A stretch of 64,000 bases of DNA. It comes from Trichinella spiralis. Taxonomy: Eukaryota. The translations under genes were made by a program, and so were the position numbers. Shown piece by piece: positions 58,772 to 64,000 of this stretch. The stretch covers positions 5,511,806 to 5,575,805 of the forward strand of contig NW_003526943.1 of assembly GCF_000181795.1 (NCBI RefSeq). Reading direction: 5' to 3'. Position 1 is the first letter of the stretch; each line of letters starts with the position of its first letter. Below the pieces are notes generated by a model that saw nothing but the letters and a program-made list of their open reading frames with translations, made no database searches and was not told where the DNA came from.

Positions 58772-59510
58772 ATGAATACCGTTGAATTTACATTATATGG
58801 TAGCGTTTTGGACTCTGCCTATACTGTGTTAATCGAACGTTTAAGAGGTCTTGCAGATCCTAAATTTGAGAAATTTCATGAACACGAACTGGTTTTTGCT
58901 AACAGTATGAAATGCTTGCAGTTAGTAATTCAATTAACATCTTGTTCTTTAGAAAACGTAAAAGCGGGTGTTGTAAATTGGCATGTTCGTAGATCATTGG
59001 ATCAACCAAATGCACCATACCATGTGAAATACATGGGAGATAGCGAAGCTGATGTAAACGAAAAATGTCCCGTTAATGTACGCAAAGTCATCAATTGCTT
59101 GTGCACTTCTAATGATATGATGGCTTTTCTTGGTGATATTGGTTTTCGGTATTTCAAATTTATGTAATTTATTTGAAATGATTTATATTTTGTTTTTTTT
59201 AATAGAATGCAATACGAATTTGTTGCGAAAGGAATTTTATTTAAAAAAGGACCAATTAAGGTGACCGTTTCGAAAATTTATCGCGTCATTGAAGCAGGAA
59301 ATTCCAGCGCGGTAGAAAAATTTACCGACTCACATCTCGTGGAAATGAGTGCTTTATCTTCGCTCCCGGAAGATCCCATTGCCAACACTATTCGAGAATT
59401 CGCGGATCAATTGAAGCCGTAACAATTTCAAAAATTCTTTGAAAACTGTTTGAAAATTATTCATTCATTTCAGAATTGTAAATATGGAGAAGATTATCAA
59501 CAAAAAATAG
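58772..59510 (+). CDS. MED18: Mediator subunit 18, 4 exons
   Basis: EFTLYGSVLD...LIERLRGLAD...FHEHELVF, VRRSLD, FLGDIGFRMQYEFVAKGILFKKGPIKVTVSKI, SHLVEMS and FADQLKPIVNMEKI. Stop at 59508-59510. Confidence 0.93.
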
Positions 59511-59544
59511 TAAAATTCGTGATGGCATTATTGATGTCCAACCA

Positions 59545-59993
59545 CTAGTTCCATTTTACAGTTTTTGCCTCTTCTTGGTTTAAGCTTTTCAAGTTAAATC
59601 CAGCTAGCCTGTTTTCTGCGCCTTCTAACTTGCAGAGCAGGTCGACTTTGTTTTTTGTATCATCACGGCATTCATTTACCTTCTTTTCAATGTTAAGTTT
59701 TTCTAAATTATTAAAATTTATAATGTTTCAAGTGTTTTACTAATCGTACAACGTACTCTACCTTGTTGATATGCTTTCAGCGCTTTCTCAACGGGTATTT
59801 TAATGAAACTTTGCCCCAGCAAAATCCACACTTTGTCGTCCTTATCCATTTTTTGCAGAGCTCTGAGACCTTCACGGTTCGACTGACGCTTTCGGTCAAG
59901 TTCCAATAATTCAGCACGATACATCAACACTTCTTCTGCAGCAATTTCAATTTCTGTTTGCTTTGCGACATGTTCATTTTTCTCAATTTCCAT
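59545..59993 (-). CDS. PDRG1: p53 and DNA damage-regulated protein 1 (prefoldin-like), 2 exons
   Basis: EIAAEEVL...LLELDRKRQSNREGLRAL...KVWILLGQSFIKIP, then second exon ...KVDLLCKLEG...LAGFNLKSLNQEE. Stop at 59547-59545. Confidence 0.88.
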
Positions 59994-60695
59994 AATAAAA
60001 AAATTTCAGTCTAAATCAGATTTTAAAATTTGTTTAACGATAAATATGCTTTAGTGTTTGTATATTTTTTAGCTGAACAAAAACAGTAGGGGACAGCTTA
60101 TTATGCAATAGCAATGAATGGCACGAGAAAAAGTACTGTAAGTCTTTATGAAAACCTTTGAATCACTATACGGTGTTAAGAAAAAAATTGGTGAAATACA
60201 AAAAATTAAATTTGTTTTTTGTTTAAAATAACATTAGAGAAATGTTTTTTAATAAACTGTCGTGAAAATTTAGTCTGAATTTATTTCACTGAAAAAAATT
60301 AATAATGTTAAATTAATGTTATTTATTCATATTTTTGATTTATTTTATAAAATTTTTAAAACATGATTTTAAATTATTAACTGAAATACCTTTTGATGCA
60401 TATTTTCAGAAATTTATTTTAAAATAGAAACAAAATTTAAATCGAACTTATTTCAAACAAGATGAAACACGTTGATTCGTTTCGAATAAATAAATGCAAA
60501 CAATAATTATCAGAAATTGTAATAAATCAATTAGAATAATTATTTATTTATTATAATGTAAATTATTATTGTGAAAAGTTATGTACTTAATTTTTATTAA
60601 CTGTTACTTGAAGTTTTATTTTTTTTTGTTTTTATTCTGCGGTATCAATAGCTTAGTTGGTGCATTTTTTTTATTGTCCACGTAAGTTGTTTACA

Positions 60696-63258
60696 ATGAT
60701 TACGGCTAGTAAAGAGCATTCGGTTCGTCAGCGAAAGAAAAACGTCGGCCACAGTTCGCAAAATGAAAGCTTGGGCTCACGAACTGTGCATGGTCGGAAA
60801 AAAATTCCCAAAGAAGTTGATTCTGCTCCTTCAGACCAACCTTTTTTTATGCAACTACTGAAACCAACTTTTGCACTATTTTTGTGCATGTTGGTCGGTG
60901 CATTCTACGGTTGGTACATTTATCAGTTACACGATAATTATTTGTGGTTTTCACATATTACTGAACTGGAAAGAGAGATCTCCTTTCGTACTGAATGTGG
61001 ATTATATTATTCCTATTTCAAGCAGTTGATTCATTCTCCGTCTCTTATTCGTGGTAAGATTATGCCAGTTCAATAAATAATTTTGTTTCTGCTGACGAGA
61101 ACCATTTTTAAGGTATTTATGATTTAACAGTGGACAATACAACCGAAAATGGGCACTCGATTAATATTTTACATCGATTCAACATCTACCAAGAAGTTCT
61201 CCTCGCGATAATATACAGAGGTTTTGAAGGGTGGAATTTCGCTTCACCAACAATCTTCTACTCCAAAGTCGTATTCTCAGTTGGGGGTTTGGGTGCATCA
61301 GCGCTCTGCTTGATCGCCTACTTTGTTTCCAACTCGATTCTTGCCATTTTAGTATGGTAAATTTTCGAAAAACATTCTCTGCTTTTTCCACTTTTAATGA
61401 ATTTTTTATTCTTTAGCGGGATGTTCTGCTTGACAAATTTATCCGACATGACCAGAGCTCATTTTGTTGTCAATTTACGTGAACACTTTGCATTGCCGAT
61501 GTTTTGGTTGCAAATACTGTTCGTCTGCGTATATTTGAAATCTGTAACTTACGATGCCGTTTCTCGTGTCGGGAAAAATTGTATTCGATTTTGTATCTTT
61601 TGGTTCACGTTCTTATTTATGCTAATGTGGCAATTCAACCAATTTGCGATGCTTTTTCAAGCGATGGCTATATACGCACTGAGTGTGTTGAAGTTGATAA
61701 ATCTGGAAAAAGCCGTACTGTTGTTCTTCATTCATCTGGGCGCTCTTGTTGCTGTTTTTGTGTTGCAATTTTTTCCAAAAATGCTTTTGTCTTCAATTTT
61801 GGTTACGTTCAATTTGTCGGCATTGTTTTCGTTGCATCTATTTCGAAGAAGCACTCATTCCGGCGGTGTAGTGGCCGGCTTTTGCAAACTTGCAACCCAA
61901 ATATTGATTACAATAATAACCATGGTACTGTTCACGTTTCTGCTGAAACGTCTGCTTGGAGTCGAAAGTGACGATCACATATTTAAATTTTTGCTGGTTG
62001 GAATTTTGGATATTTTTCTTTTCAAATAGAATTGAAATGCACATTGCCTATTTTTTTGCTTTAGGGAAAATTTGGTTTTTCCAACGTGCGTGATTTTGAA
62101 TCTCGCGTTTATTTATGCCATGATGCATTTTCTTTCCTGTCCAACGACTTTTTTCTTCATACTTCAAAGACATTTTTATTTCCATTGTATTTGACCATGT
62201 TCAGCGGCTGTTTGTTCGTCATTGGAAAAGATTTGCTGACACAGTGGTGCGATTTGGCTTCGTTGAGCAACAATAAATACCGACAATTTTTTACTACGGA
62301 TTATTTCGAACGACGAGCTGATTTAGCCTTTTTAGTTCTTCAGGTTCATATGCTGCTATGTTTATTTATTTAATCTGTTAATATATTTCCTTTTTCTGTA
62401 GTCTGTGATAATCGGTTTGGTATCGTTGATGGTAACACGAATTTCTTACATGTGGTCTCCACTGATGGCTGTACTAGCGACCGCTTTGTTATGCAGCGAA
62501 GATATTTGGAAAACATTGCCAGGATTTCGCCATAATCGTCGTCAATACATTCACATGTTCCAGCTGTCGGTGATCGTTGCAATTCTTGGTTATAATTCTG
62601 TTCTTTTTTATAATCGATTCCAGTGAGCACCTTCTGCTTATTTTGCTTTTCGATTTGGGGTTGAGGTTAATTTCAACAAATAAATGCTCACATTTTCAGG
62701 GAAGAAATGAAAGATTTAAGAGAATTTTGGGATCCCGATACGGTAAACTTGATGGAATGGATAAACAACACTACTGCACCTTATGCATCTTTTGCCGGCT
62801 CTATGCAACTTATGGCTGGCGTGAAGTGCTGCACTTCAAGACCAATAACCAATCATCCTCATTTCGAAAACAAGCAATTACGCGACAGGACGAAAGATAT
62901 TTATCAAATCTACGCCCGACGTTCTGCCGAAGATGTAAATTTAATATTTAAAATCGAACACTTAACTTCTTAACATTCAATTTAGGTATATAACATTTTG
63001 AAAAAATACAACACCAACTACATTATTTTGGAGGACAGCATTTGTCGAGCTAAAAGAAGTGGCTGTACAATACCAGAATTAATTGATCTTGAAAATGGAC
63101 ATGCACCAGATAGTCGACATTTATGGATGTCAATGGGTTTGGTTCAGTCAAAAGAGCGACGGTTTTGTACGGCGATTGAAAATATGGATGAATCATTCGC
63201 TCGTTATTTCAGGTTAATATTCGTGAACAGAACATTTCGTGTATATCAACTGCTCTAG
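60696..63258 (+). CDS. DPY19L3: DPY-19 family tryptophan C-mannosyltransferase, DPY19L3-like, 7 exons
   Basis: LHDNYLWFSHITELEREISFRTECGLYYSY, INILHRFNIYQEV, NLREHFALP, WQFNQF, DDHIFKF, EFWDPDTVNLMEWI, FAGSMQLMAGVK and TNHPHFENKQLRDRT. Confidence 0.9.
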
Positions 63259-63754
63259 TCATTCTGCTCATACTTAATACTCATTTACTTGCCTACTTAC
63301 TTTTCACCAACGTTCATAGATATACAATTATAATAAACATTTTTCTAACGAAAAATGTTCAATATATGACAAGCTAATAAAGCTTATTATATGTTTCTTA
63401 TAATACTGATAGTTTTCGTTTAAAACATTTGAGAATAAACAAAAACAAATTTATATGATAAAAGTAAAGCTTAAGTACTTTACATTTATCTAAATATTAT
63501 TTTTGAAAATAGTAAACTTTATTTCAGATATATATCTAACATGAGAACTGAAAGTATAGTCTGAATTTGAAACTTCACTAAACAAGCAGTGTGTCAAAAT
63601 TATATTCAATACACTTACAATAAATAGCAGATTTATTATATGCACATATACATCCACCTATGTACATTGAAATTTTTCAATAATACATTCAAACAAATAT
63701 ACTTGTATATAGATATAAATCTTGCCAACATGCTCTATATATAATATACGTCTA

Positions 63755-64000
63755 TCAGTTTTTATCATCTTTCAAATCTTCAAATTTAACAAAGCATGCA
63801 TGTTTCATATAGTAATTTAAAAGAAGATGAGGACACTGTCTGGTAATTTCTTTGTTTGAAATTTCTTCGATTTTTCCATCAGCAAAACGTACAATACTGA
63901 TTAATCTTCCTCCTTTCGGCGAATCTCTTCGAACTCCCAACAACTCAGCTACTTCTCGTCCACTAATAAAATGATGTTGGTCTTCTAGACTGAAATCTCC
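63755..64000 (-). CDS. 3' end of a chromo-shadow-domain (HP1-like) gene; partial, continues beyond the window
   Basis: HFISGREVAELLGV...RLISIVRFADGKIEEISNKEITRQCPHLLLNYYMKH resembles the CSD consensus GF.RGLEPE.I.GA...LMFLMKW...V...EAN.KCPQ.VI.FYE. The frame is open to the window edge. Confidence 0.6.
   Translation of the reverse strand, partial: GDFSLEDQHHFISGREVAELLGVRRDSPKGGRLISIVRFADGKIEEISNKEITRQCPHLLLNYYMKHACFVKFEDLKDDKN

Overview
This is an AT-rich eukaryotic window with many short (about 50-65 nt) GT-AG introns. Gene content, intron size and a characteristic Mutator-like repeat suggest a clade I nematode such as Trichinella (inference, not verified). I can support 13 protein-coding genes: an intronless tetraspanin (-), an NKCC/NCC-type SLC12 cation-chloride cotransporter (+), a UDP-glucuronosyltransferase (+), a compact NuMA/LIN-5/Mud orthologue (-), ALKBH6 (-), TMEM165/GDT1 (+), a Goliath-type TM-RING-H2 E3 ligase (-), a two-LIM-only protein (-), a ZDHHC2/15/20-type palmitoyltransferase (-), an EXD3/MUT-7/Nibbler exonuclease (-), MED18 (+), PDRG1 (-) and a DPY19L3-type C-mannosyltransferase (+). 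The 3' end of a chromo-shadow-domain gene (-) runs off the right edge. Intergenic space holds two TIR-bounded pogo/Tigger-like elements and decayed BEL/Pao, hAT and MULE relics. A TATA+Inr promoter with a non-coding first exon points off the left edge. No prokaryote-style system, CRISPR array, tRNA or rRNA was seen, and I found no clearly new multi-gene system. The best leads are: (1) an SLC12 whose K+-site residues are substituted while the Na+ and Cl- sites are kept; (2) a roughly 850 aa NuMA-like protein that keeps the Hook-type head, NLM motif and CDK1-site tail; (3) a MUT-7/EXD3 without the MUT7-C domain that needs a GC-AG intron. All family calls come from manual motif reading and recalled family consensus, not database searches.
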